Origin: Felis catus
Taxonomy: Eukaryota
Direction of reading: 5' to 3'
DNA: 64,000 bases
Assembly (NCBI RefSeq): GCF_018350175.1
Contig: NC_058382.1
Span: 60,824,001-60,888,000 of the forward strand
Shown: positions 1-11,075 of the stretch, one piece after another
How the letters are laid out: every line of letters starts with the position of its first letter
Numbering within the stretch: position 1 is the stretch's first letter
Notes under the pieces: model-generated
What the model saw: the letters and a program-made list of their open reading frames with translations, nothing else
What the model was told of the DNA's origin: nothing
Databases searched by the model: none
Translations under genes and position numbers: made by a program

Positions 1-410
1 CTCGTGAACCAGGAGGTCTAATTGGGCTGGAGGCCTTGTGCTGTGAGGATTACCGGGCAGGGGAGGGGTCCAGCTAGCACCTTCAGGGGTCTCAGACTCT
101 TGGAGAATCAGATAAAAAGCCCTGCGAATACATGTTAGTGCGAGTCAGGTCCAGGACTCCACAGCCACCGCCTGACCTGTGCCCTCAACCTCAAAGCCCC
201 CCGACACCGAACAAGCTGTGACCCTGACTCAGAAAGAGGAGCCGTGCCTACGCTGACCAGACCGTGCCAGGTGCTGTGCTGGGTCCCTTGACCGGGTGTT
301 TAACTGTCAGGACGGCTGGCATGCTCACAAGGAGCTTTTACGTGGAGAGAGAAGAGCCTGAGAGACCGGGCCACACGGTGTGCGGAGTGAGGACCAGCGT
401 GTGGGCAGTG

Positions 411-2385
411 TGGTGACACGCGTCCTGGGTGGTCCCTGTAGATGGTAGCGACAGGCATCCTGGGACAGTCCACACAGATGTGCAGTGACAGGTGTCCTGG
501 GACAGTCTGTTAGATGTGTAGTGACGGGTGGCCGGGGACAGTCCCTGTGGATGGTTGTGACGGGTGTCCTGGGACAGTCTGTTAGATGTGTAGTGACAGG
601 CATCCTGGGACAGTCCCTATAGATGTGCAGTGACAGGCATCCTGGGGCAGTCTATTAGATGTGCAGTGACAGGTGTCCTGGGACAGTCCCTATAGATGGT
701 TGTGACGGGTGTCCTGGGACAGTCCGTTAGATGCGTAGTGACAGGCATCCTGGGACAGTCCCTATAGATGTGCAGTGACAGGCATCCTGGGGCAGTCTAT
801 TAGATGTGCAGTGACAGGTGTCTTGGGACAGTCCATTAGATGTGCAGTGACAGGTGTCCTGGGACAGTCTCTGTAGATGATCGTGACAGGAGTCCTGGGA
901 TAGGCCGTTAGATGTGTAGTGACAGGCATCCTGGGACAGTCCCTATAGATGGTAGTGACAGGTGTCTTGGGACAGTCCATTAGATGTGCAGTGACAGGAA
1001 TCCTGGGACAGTCTCTGTAGATGGTAGTGACAGGTGTCCTGGGATAGGCCGTTAGATGTGCAGTGACAGGCATCCTGGGACAGTCTCTATAGATATGTAG
1101 TGACAGGTGTCCTGGGATAGGCCGTTAGATGTGTAGTGACAGGCATCCTGGGACAGTCTATTAGATGTGCAGTGACAGGTGTCCTGGGACAGTCCGTTAG
1201 ATGCATAGTGACAGGCATCCTGGGACAGTCCCTATAGATATGTAGTCACAGGTGTCCTGGGACAGTCCCTGTAGGTGTGTAGTGACAGGTGTCTTGGGAC
1301 AGCCCATGTAGATGGCAGTGACAGGTGTCTTGGGACGGTCCATTAGACGTGCAGTGACAGGTGTCCTGGGACAGTCTCTGTAGATGGTCATGACAGGAGT
1401 CCTGGGATAGGCCGTTAGATGTGTAGTGACAGGCATCCTGGGACAGTCCCTATAGATGGTAGTGACAGGTGTCTTGGGACAGTCCATTAGATGTGCAGTG
1501 ACAGGAATCCTGGGACAGTCTCTGTAGATGGTAGTGACAGGTGTCCTGGGATAGGCCGTTAGATGTGCAGTGACAGGCATCCTGGGACAGTCTCTACAGA
1601 TATGTAGTGACAGGTGTCCTGGGATAGGCCGTTAGATGTGTAGTGACAGGCATCCTGGGACAGTCTATTAGATGTGCAGTGACAGGCGTCCTGGGACAGT
1701 CCGTTAGATGCATAGTGACAGGCATCCTGGGACAGTCCCTATAGATATGTAGTCACAGGTGTCCTGGGACAGTCCCTGTAGATGTGTAGTGACAGGTGTC
1801 TTGGGACAGCCCATGTAGATGGCAGTGACAGGTGTCTTGGGACGGTCCATTAGACGTGCAGTGACAGGTGTCCTGGGACAGTCTCTGTAGATGGTCATGA
1901 CAGGAGTCCTGGGATAGGCCGTTAGATGTGTAGTGACAGGCATCCTGGGACAGTCCCTATAGATGGTAGTGACAGGTGTCTTGGGACAGTCCATTAGATG
2001 TGCAGTGACAGGAATCCTGGGACAGTCTCTGTAGATGGTTGTGACAGGAGTCCTGGGATAGGCCGTTAGATGTGCAGTGACAGGCATCTTGGGACAGTCC
2101 CTGTAGATGTGTAGTGACAGGTGTCCTGGGACAGCTCGTTAGATGTGCAGTGACAGGCATCCTGGGACAGTCCCTGTAGATGTGTAGTGACAGGGTCCTG
2201 GGTCACTCCATAAGACGTATACAGTGACAGATACCCTGAAATAGTCCATGCTAGGGATGTAGGGACAAGCGTCCCGGGATAGACATGTAGTTGTATAGTG
2301 ACGGGCATTTTGGAGAAAGTCCATGTATGTGTAGTGACAGGCATTCAGGGTCACTCTGTTAGACATGTAGTGACAGGCGTCCTGG
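411..2385. repeat. Minisatellite (VNTR), 36-37 bp unit, roughly 54 copies, with 507-bp higher-order repeat
   Basis: Unit ~GTGACAGG(TG/CA)TCCTGGGACAGTCC(G/C)TTAGATGTG(C/T)A. ORFs 1197..1580 and 1704..2087 translate identically at a 507-bp offset. Edges are degenerate. Confidence 0.97.
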
Positions 2386-5300
2386 AGCTAAAGTCCCATC
2401 TCCGAGTCCTCTGTTAGTCCTTTCAGTGGACACTGACTTAGGTCTCTGGCTTGTGGGGCCCTGGGTGGAGCCGGTCTGTTCTCACACCTGCATCTGTGAC
2501 ACTTTACACAGCCGTGACTCTCCCCACTTCTGGACACAGAGGCCGGCCCCCGGGCTCCCCACGAGTGCCCCAGAGAGGCGGCCCTCTGGACAGCCAGCTC
2601 AAAGGTCACACTTCCTTCTGGCCTGGTAGTCACACGCTCACACACACTTTTGTGCACAGTCCTCACGTGCACACTCACATGCACGAGGACTCCCTGGGCA
2701 GGGGGACGGTCCGGTCCCGGTCCCGGGGGTGAGCTGCTCTCCCAGCTGGACACCACCCACCCGCACGGGGACCTCCCCCCGCCTCCCCTTCCTCGTCTGG
2801 CAAAGTGAAGGTGGTTGGGAAATGCGCCTGTTTGGGCTTGACTGTTCCACCAACACACCAGCTGCTGGACAGAAGTGGCCTCTTGGCTGAGGCTGGTCGC
2901 TCCAGGCCAGGTGTGCGGGGCGAGGGGCAGCCGGCGTGGCCTCTCCTGGACGCGTACACCGTCTGGAGACTGACCAGGACTTGGGGTCACCCCGGATGCC
3001 TCCCTTAGCAGTCTGACCCTGATCCCCCCACTCAGTGACCTGTGTCTGTCCTCCTCACGGCCTCTGTCTCCCCATGTTCTTCCCTGGGCGGCCTTCTCAA
3101 AATGCTGATCTGACCAGCCCCGGCCCCGTCCAGCCAGGCTCAGGGGGCTTCCGTGGGCCTCTGTGACTCCAGGGACAAAAGCCAGAGCGCCCTCTGCGTC
3201 CACTGTGCCCCACGGCGCTGCCGTCTGGCTCCACCACTCGGCCACCGTCTCTGCTGCCTGCCCTTCCGCGGGGCTGTCCCCAACCTCACACCGCGCAGCC
3301 CCACCCCAGGGCTCATCTGTGTGGTTTGGGAATCCCTGCGCCCCGGGCCCTGTCCTGCCCAACGCAGAGCCATGAGCCGCCCGAGCCGGCTGGGCAGAAT
3401 TGAAACACTTCGCCCGTAAGACGCGTACATAACTTCAAAGTCTCTAAAAAAAAAAAAGAAAAAAAGGAAAAGAAAGCTCTCAGTGATTTAAAACACCAAT
3501 TGCAGAGCGAAAAGACAACATTTTGGAGACATTAGCTTAAACAACATGTGTCGCTAAAGGTGCTGGTGTCCTTTTCTAACGCGGCCACGATCTAAACTCT
3601 CACACGTGGCTGCCCTGTCTCGGCCACGGGTGCCCTGCTCGCAGGCGCCGGGCACACTTCCGGGCACGCGGGGCCGGTGTGAGCCGGGGCGCCCTAGAAG
3701 GAACTGTCCTCCAGAACGCCTCCTGTAGCACGCGGCCTGGGGCCCCAGGGGCGCCCAGGAAGTGGACCCTCTGACTCAGATCGCGGGAGCAAGCAAATGA
3801 GACCCTAAACCTCCGCGAGGCACCCAGACGGGCCACGTCTTGGCGATAGGGACTCCCTGCGCCCAGTTGGGCGGCGGGCCCGCGGAGAGGGTCTCAGCCA
3901 GACCTCTCCACCCCCGCCCCGAGCCGCCACAAGAGGGCGCGCTTCCCGTACAAAAGGCGGGAGCCTGAGGCCACCGCGGGGCCAGGAGGTGTGTGACACA
4001 GGGCCTCGCAGGCTCCGGCGGGGCGTGACCGGTCACACCAGACGGCCGCCCCTGGGCGACGGCCCCCCTGCTCCCTGCCTGCGGACCAGAGCCTGCCGGG
4101 GCCCCTGCGAGGTGTGAGCGGCACAACCCAGCCGGTTGCTTCCACCCGGGGCTCAGAAGGACACGTTCTCCCAGACAGCAGAAGGGCCACCTGCCGACCT
4201 GCGGCCTCACCGGCCCGGGACGCAGCCAAACCCTGCCCTGGGGTGGCCAGCGCCCGTTCCGACTGCTCAGATGCAGGGGCGTGACGGGGAAGGGCTGTGG
4301 AGGGCGGCAGGGGCAGCCGAGGGAAGTGGGGGCTGTGGAGCCCCAAGGCCTGGCGAAGGACTCCTCGCCTCCGGCTGTCTGGGGGGCCTGGTGTGGCAGA
4401 AACACAGGGGCTCCGGGGGCAGGTGACCTGGGTTCCTGAGCTGGAATCCCACCTCCGCCACCAAGGCCCAGCTTCAGTGTCCCCGCCACGAAGCAGGCAC
4501 GGGGCCTCGGCTGTGCTGCAGGACCCGGACGCGGGGCGGGTGAGCCCCTGCGCAGGGCTGGCTGGGCAGGAGGGACACCAGGGTCCTCCCTCCGCAGGGC
4601 CACCTGAGTCCCACAGACGCCAGAGGGCACCGGGATGGCGCTGGGTACTCCCCGGGGGGGGATGGGGGACGCGACAGCCACGTCCACAAGCAGCGATCAG
4701 CAAGGACAGCCCACGTGCCAGATACACCTCAGCACAACCGGAAGGGGGAGGAGCCCGCGTGACTGCATTTTGCACGTGAAACTGGAGACACAGAGAGGGT
4801 GAGACGGCCGGTGTTGTCACACAGCCGCTGGGAGGGGAGCGGTGGGACTCAGAGAAGTCAGCCTGCTGCCCGTCCCTCCCCGCTGCCTCAGCAGATGGGG
4901 CAGGGCCTCCCCGAGCTGGGTGGGGGCCTAAGGCCTCCTCTGCTCCGGAAAACGGCCGCTTGCTGCTGCTGGGGAGTAGGGCCCACGACAGCTGGAGGAC
5001 TTTCCTTCCCAGGCTTGGCTTCGCCCAGGCTTTCCCGGCTGCTCCCGGGTCAGGAGTGACCAGCAGGGACTTCCCCGTGGGTCCCGTTCAGGGCCTCGGG
5101 CTCACAAAGAGCCCCCCTCGCCGCCCCCACCCCCACGTCTCCTGCCCTGCCCCTGCCGAAGGCTTTCCTCTGTCCCAGCAAACAGACGACGACCCGAACC
5201 TCCTCCTGCCACACCCAGCAGGCTCCCAGCCTCAGGGGCACCCCAGACTCCCGGCCGCGGAGGGCCACCCCGCGAGCGAACTGTGAGGGGGGGTGGGGGG

Positions 5301-6294
5301 GGACGCGGCGGCTGAGAACGTGCGGGTCGACGGCAGAGCCAGGAGAGGCGTCTTCCTTATTACGGCCAAACCCAATGCAGACCTTTGTTTTCCTTCCCAG
5401 TGACATCTGGCTCCCCGTGAGGCCCCGGGAATTACAAAAAGCAGAAGTCTTAACTTCTGTTTTATTGCTGCAGGAAACTGCTGCAGACAGCGCGGGGTGG
5501 GAAGCGTCTTCGCGGCCTGTCGCAGGCGGAGGCTCAGCCGTTTGCGCCCGGGGCCCCGGGTCCCGGGTCGGGCTGGGCGCTCAGAAGCGGGAACGAGGAA
5601 GCAGCTATTTACCACTTTTACATCATGAGTCTCCACCCCGCGGGCCAGGCCTCTGCCTGGGTCTTTCCACTGAGACTGCGAAGGCCGTTTCCAGTCCAGG
5701 AACTTGTCTCCAGACGGCCCAGCCCCCGCTTGCAGCCGTGCTCTTGGCTAACGGCGGCCCTCGGAGGCACTCGGGGGCCGGGTCGCCTCCTGCAGCCCCG
5801 CCGCCCTCTCCCAGCGCCGCATCCCGGCCCCGGAACCTCGGAGGTAATCAGAAGTGTGGGGTCAAGATCCCGGGTCAAGATCTGGAGGTGCGGTTCGCCG
5901 GCTCGAACGGGACAAAGGACAGCCCGGCAGCCGGTTCCTTGGAGCACGGTGCTCACCCGGTGTGGCTGCGATCCCAGAGACCCACTGCCCCGAAAAGGAG
6001 CCTCAGGCCGGTGAGCCCCGGCCCTCCAGGGTGCACCCCAGATGCACATCCGCCAGTCATGAGTTTCCAGCCTCCTCCTGCCCGCCCCCCACCCCGGACA
6101 CGTCAGAATCTGTGGGGACTCTGAGTAAGCCACACACCCGTGGTCTCCCACCCCCGTCCCTCCGGGAGGCCACACTGTGCGTAGACAGCGACGGGGCCTG
6201 ACGCGACACGCGGGACTCTGCAAAAGCTCGGGGGGCCTGTCCGCCCTCCGGCTACAGGAGCAGCACCGGGCACCTGCCTGCCTCCAGCGAACCT

Positions 6295-6370
6295 CTCTGG
6301 GCCTCGGGGTCCCCGCCTGGAAAATGGGACAGCAGTCACCTTCAGGGCTGTCGGGAGATTACATGAGAGG
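6295..6370 (+). mobile_element. MIR fragment
   Basis: CTCTCTGGGCCTCGGGGTCCCCGCCTGGAAAATGGG...GGGCTGTCGGGAGATTACATGAGA, a GC-drifted MIR core. Confidence 0.6.
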
Positions 6371-9074
6371 AAGCCCAGCCCAGCCCAGCCCGCGTGCCGG
6401 ACGCGTGAGCTCTGGTCGTTACCCTTCTGTCCCCGTGGGCACGACACGACCCACATAGCGTGTGAGCTGCGCGTGGTAAACACTTTCTGGGGCCAGTTCT
6501 ATCCAGTCGTGTGCGATCAGGGCAGGGCCACCCTCCTGACACTCACAGCTCACAGGGGCCAGAACCCTCCGCCCCCAGGCCTGACAGGTGACACAGTTAC
6601 ACAACAATGCTGTTTGCGCACCCTCCTACGGTAGCAGACAAGGTCCTATCCTCCCACGGGGTGGGGGAGGACGAGGGCGCCGGCCTTGGCCTCCACGACC
6701 CAGACCCGGCAGAGGTGCTCTCCCCCTGCCCTAGGGAGTCTCTGACTCCAGGAGGCGCCACCCCTCACATCAGTCACAGCTGTGCCCCAGGTGCCTGAGG
6801 CCGTGTCAGGTGGGGGTCTGACTTCTGGGACACTGACCGCTCCCTGCAGGTGTGACCGCTCCCTGCAGGACGGGGCGCACGGGCACGGGGAGGCCAGCTC
6901 ACGGCGGGGGCAGCGCTGGGGAGCCTCTGGCCGCCGGGGACTCCCTGTGGGGAAGGGGCGGGGCCGACAGGCAGGCTTGGGCTCCCCTCTGAGCTGGACA
7001 AGGAGGGGCCAGCGCCTCTCTGGGCGGCAGTGAACTAAAGTTTCGCCACCCTCGCCGGTTGTCCCCCCGCCTCTGGCAGGGAGTGTGAGTGCTCGGGATG
7101 CTGCTGGTGGGGGACAGATACCCTCGCAGGTAAGAGCCGGGCAGTGGGCAGGACGGCGCTGCCCCACAGAAACGCCAGTTCCCTCCTGGAAAGCGGCACT
7201 AATTAAGCGACTACTGCATGCTGGCTCTCCACCACGTCTCAGGGACACGGGTCGCGGTGCCTCTTCCACATCTCGCACTGTGAACACACGTGTACGCGCA
7301 CATCTGTCCAGTGACTCAGAAAGGAACGGGGGCCCACTGGTGCCAGGGAGGCTGCAGTGAATCAGACGACCCCAACCTCAACCCCCTGACGGTGCAGCCG
7401 GGGTGGGGAAGGCCCGCCCGTGCCAGTTCCAGAAGGTGGCAGGGAAAGGCCTCGCCCAGACCCCACCCTCGGCCAGAGCAGCCGGCCTCCGGGGTGGCGG
7501 CCCCGCTGGCTTGGATCTTGCGGATTAGTGGCTCAGCCTGCCGGCGGCTTCAGATCCTTGCGTAGGAAGGAAAATTAATTTCTTCCAGTCATGCAGAACT
7601 GAAAATATGTGCAGCCAAACTCAGAGATTTCCTGGAGGTGGTAACTCAATTACGCGCATAACCTGGTGACCAAGGAGGTGCTCCAGGACCCGAAAGGGGT
7701 TGTGGGTGGCCCAGGGGAGCCCCGGAGTGTCCTGGAGGGAGATGTCCAGCCGAAACCTCCCGGCTCGCCAGCCCTGGCTGGGCTTGTGAACAGACAGTTG
7801 CCAGCCACGTGACCGTCCCTTCCCCCCAATCACTAGTAGATGGAGGCACCTCCAGAGAGAGACGGATTCCACCGGAAAATCGGTCCTAACGTGATGTTCT
7901 CCCAGCCTGCGTCTGTCAAGCTCTCGGGGAGCCGGCAACACCACATCTGCTCCAGTAATCCTTCGTTTCTTCCTCCCTCGTTCCCTCTCAGCCCACAGGA
8001 GGGGCCCGGCAACACGGTCCCGGGCAGCGGGGTCCCAGCACGGGCTTGTGGGCAGCAAAGAACAGAACCCCCTGCTCTCCTGGGCTCCCCGTCCAGAGGA
8101 CAGAGCAGGGTGGGGGCGGGGCAAATGCGTGTCACCGCGCTGGCTCTCTAAGAACGTGCCCAGAAGGCGTGGACTGGCCTTCCTGCCTCTGCCAGGAGCG
8201 GCCTCTGGTCCTCTCGGCCCGGCCTGCCCCCCACCTTGGGGCTCCAGCCGCAGGAAGTTTCTCCAGCCTTGCAGCGACTTGCGAGAGCAAAGCCAGGATG
8301 CAACATCAGCCCTGGCGTCCACAGCCCCCGAGCTCCGCGGGCCGCCCTGGGAACCTCCTGTTTCTGGGTCCGGGAGAGGAAACACACGCCCAGTTAGACA
8401 TAATGAGGCGGCATCCTGGCCCCAGGGCCGGAGAGGAGTGCGCCCCGCACGGGACTATGGGGTCTCCTCTGCTCTCAAAGGAAGTATTTTTCCCCCTAGT
8501 CTCCGGAACAGGCCTGCAGTCAGCCAGCCAAGGTCCAGATGGTGGGGAATACGGGCGTTTTCGGAGGGAGGGGTCCCCACACTTGCAGGGATCTGCTCAC
8601 TCCTCTGTGGCGCCCCCCTGCCCCCCCACGCAGTTCCCAGGGGCGGGAAGGAGGGACAGCCTGGGGCTGTGTGTTCAGAGCCCAGCAGCTCAGAGTGTGG
8701 CTTGCCACCAGCCCGGCTGCCTTCCGCTCCTTGTGAGCCCGTCTAGGGCTGAATTTCCAGCCATCTGTCCCTCCACGTCGGCTCACACCTCCCTCGGAGC
8801 CGTTCCCACAGCCTGGCTCCAGGCCTGCCCAACACGCAGATGGACGGTTCCCAACGGGTGTGAATAATCACTGCCACAGGGCTGCGCCCCAGGCACCGCG
8901 GGCTGTTGGGACCCCAGGGAGGGTCGTTTAAGCCCCTGTCCCCACACACGGGGAGTGGGGACAGCCCCCCACCCCCCAGTCTCCGGGCCGACTTCACCGC
9001 AACACCAATTAACCGCGGACACCGCTGACCCGCCGCCCCTTGCCTGGGGGGCAGGGCCAGGGACTATAACAAGA

Positions 9075-9110
9075 CGGCGGCAGCGGCGGCGGCGGCGGCG
9101 GCGGCGGCGG
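9075..9110 (+). repeat. (CGG)2CAG(CGG)9 trinucleotide repeat
   Basis: Read directly. Confidence 0.95.
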
Positions 9111-9533
9111 GAGGCACAGAGGGAGCTCTGCCCCCCACCCCCATCTCTCTTAGGGCCGCTCTCTGCGTCCCCTCCCAGTCCCCTGTCACCTGGACCCGGG
9201 CCTTTTGTCAGGAAGCCTGGGTGCCAGACGGGGAGCCTGCGGGACACCCCACCTTCCGCACGCAGTTCCCACGTTAGGTTTGACCACACCCCCGGCAGGT
9301 CAAGCTCGGCTCCAGGGGTGGGCTGGAGGGACCAAAGTGGGTGGGCACTGACTGGGCTGGCCCCACCCCGCCGCGGGCTCCAACTTTCCAAAGTGGGGAG
9401 GGGGCGCCCGGGGGCGGCCCGCACGCTCCGCGTGGCTGCTAGGAGACCCCCCCCCCCCCGCCAGACGGCAGCCCGCGGGCGGAGTCGGGGCGGCGGCGGC
9501 GGCGGCGGCGCGCGGGACGCACCGGGCACTTAC

Positions 9534-9900
9534 GGTCCGGAGGTCCGGCGGCTGGGAGGCTCCCGAAGCGGCTTCTCCTCGGAACTCGGTCCCCGCCTCC
9601 GTAACTTGGTCCCCGCCACCCCCCGCGCGCTGTCCTCAGGCGCGCGGCGGGGCCGCCGGGGCGCGCGGGGCGGCCGCCTGGGCCATGCCCGGGCTCGGCT
9701 CCCGCCGCTCGCTGCCCCCGCCCGGCCGCCCCGCGCGGGAACAAAGCGCGCACGCCGCCCCCGGGCGGTCTCCGGCCTCCGCGGCCGCGCGGGTGCAGCC
9801 GCCGCGCCTTCCACTCGCGGCGCCGGGCTCTCTGCCGCGCGCTCGGCCGAGCGTCTCACGGGGCCCCGCGGCCCCCGCCCCGCGCGCTCCGCCCCCGCCT
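9534..9900 (-). other. CBFA2T3: Probable CBFA2T3 exon 1b (non-coding first exon of MTG16b); TSS approximate
   Basis: Donor ACC|GTAAGT (intron starts 9533) inside a CpG island, on the same strand as exon 1a. No ATG in the frame predicted to join exon 2. Confidence 0.7.
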
Positions 9901-9908
9901 CCTGCCCC

Positions 9909-9944
<36 letters not shown>
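9909..9944 (-). repeat. (CGG)12 uninterrupted repeat on the gene strand near the exon 1b start
   Basis: (CCG)12 on the + strand, read directly. Confidence 0.95.
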
Positions 9945-9945
<1 letters not shown>

Positions 9946-10597
9946 GCCACCTGCCTCCCGCCCCGCGCCCATCGCTCTCGGCTCCGCCCCGGGGGGCTCG
10001 GTGCGGGGCCGGCGCGGGAGAGGGGCTCCGCCCGCCGCCGCTCCGGGCAGACAGCCGCCCCCGCCGTCCCCGCCGCGGAGCCCCGGGCGCGCCCTGCCAA
10101 CTCGGCCGGCGGCACGGCTGCGAGGATGAGCGGGGTGTGTATACGGGGGCGCGGGGTGGCGGGGTGGCGGGGTGCGGGGCCGTGGCGGGAGGGGGGGCGG
10201 AGTGCCGTGGAGGGGGGTGCGCGCTTCCCTGCAGGGGAAGGGGTGGTGCCCGGTGAGTGTGCGGAAGCGCGGGGTGCCTCGGGGGGCAGCAGCGTGGGTG
10301 TCGTGCAGGGAGCGCGGGGGGCCGTGCGTGGCGGGCCCCTCGCCTGCGCCCACCCTCGCCGGCTCCGCAGGCCGCGCCCTGGGCGGGCGGGTGGGGCCTG
10401 GAGCCGCGCGCGCCGCCGCCGCCGCCGCACACCCACCTCGCAGCAGTCGGCGACCGCCGGCCTCGTAGTTTTAGGAGACGCGCGTCTGGCGTCCGGGGCG
10501 GGAGGCGAGTAGCAGGCGCCCCTCCTCCGGGCGCCGCGCCCCCCGCCCGCCCGGCCGCGTGGGGCGGGAAGGGGCCCGGGGCCGCTTCCGCGCTCGG

Positions 10598-10611
10598 CCG
10601 GCAGGGGGCGC
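10598..10611 (+). promoter_or_regulatory. Candidate CTCF motif
   Basis: CCGGCAGGGGGCGC fits the CTCF core consensus; chance matches are common in CpG islands. Confidence 0.35.
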
Positions 10612-10720
10612 CCTTTCCCCGCCGCGCGCCCCGGGCCCCTTGCGCCCGCTCCCCGCATTAACCCGGGCAAAAATGCAGGGGGCGCGGGGTCCCCAGCTCC
10701 CCGGCCGCTCAGCCCAAGGC

Positions 10721-11075
10721 ATTTGCATGTACTTTCCATTTATTTGCATATCATTCTTTTAATGTCTGCAGAAATGCCCCAAGCCGGAGCCCCGGCTGCC
10801 CCCCCCCCCCAGGGAACCCACCTTTCTCCTCCCCGACCCGCAGCCCTGGCCCTGGCTCCCTACCCCCACCCATGTTGCCTCTTGCCTTAAAGCGCTTTGT
10901 GGCGTATTGGATGCCTTTGCCTGGTTAGAACGTTACAGTAAATCCGTGCCTTTTTCTTCCCTTCCTCCCCCAGCCCACACATGCTTTGTTTCTCAGACAG
11001 GAGCTGGGGTCCCAGGGTCACGGCCTTGCCCGCAGAGGGCCCAGAACTTCGGAAGAGCAGCGCCCTGATTTGCAT
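10721..11075. promoter_or_regulatory. Cluster of three perfect octamer (POU) motifs ATTTGCAT
   Basis: ATTTGCAT at 10721-10728, 10742-10749 and 11068-11075. Confidence 0.6.

Larger units (their letters stand above)
8980..10720. promoter_or_regulatory. CpG island / proximal (exon 1b) promoter
   Basis: Extremely GC- and CpG-dense, many GC boxes (GGGCGG), CGG/CCG runs, contains a first-exon donor. Confidence 0.92.

Noticed and set aside
325..2366. 12-aa repeat ORFs with Cys/His (PVTAHLMDCP...), and a superficially CRISPR-like periodic array
   Set aside because: Tandem 36/37-bp minisatellite with frameshifts, no unique spacers, no cas genes, mammalian context.
9534..9900. Alternative identity of the CpG-island exon as NCOR2 or another gene
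   Set aside because: Does not match my recollection of NCOR2 exon 1; the MTG16a peptide at 42 kb on the same strand supports CBFA2T3.
8955..10739. Long overlapping ORFs (433, 367, 300, 275 aa) on both strands
   Set aside because: CpG-island artefacts: low-complexity R/P/G/A content, stop codons depleted by GC, no recognisable domain.
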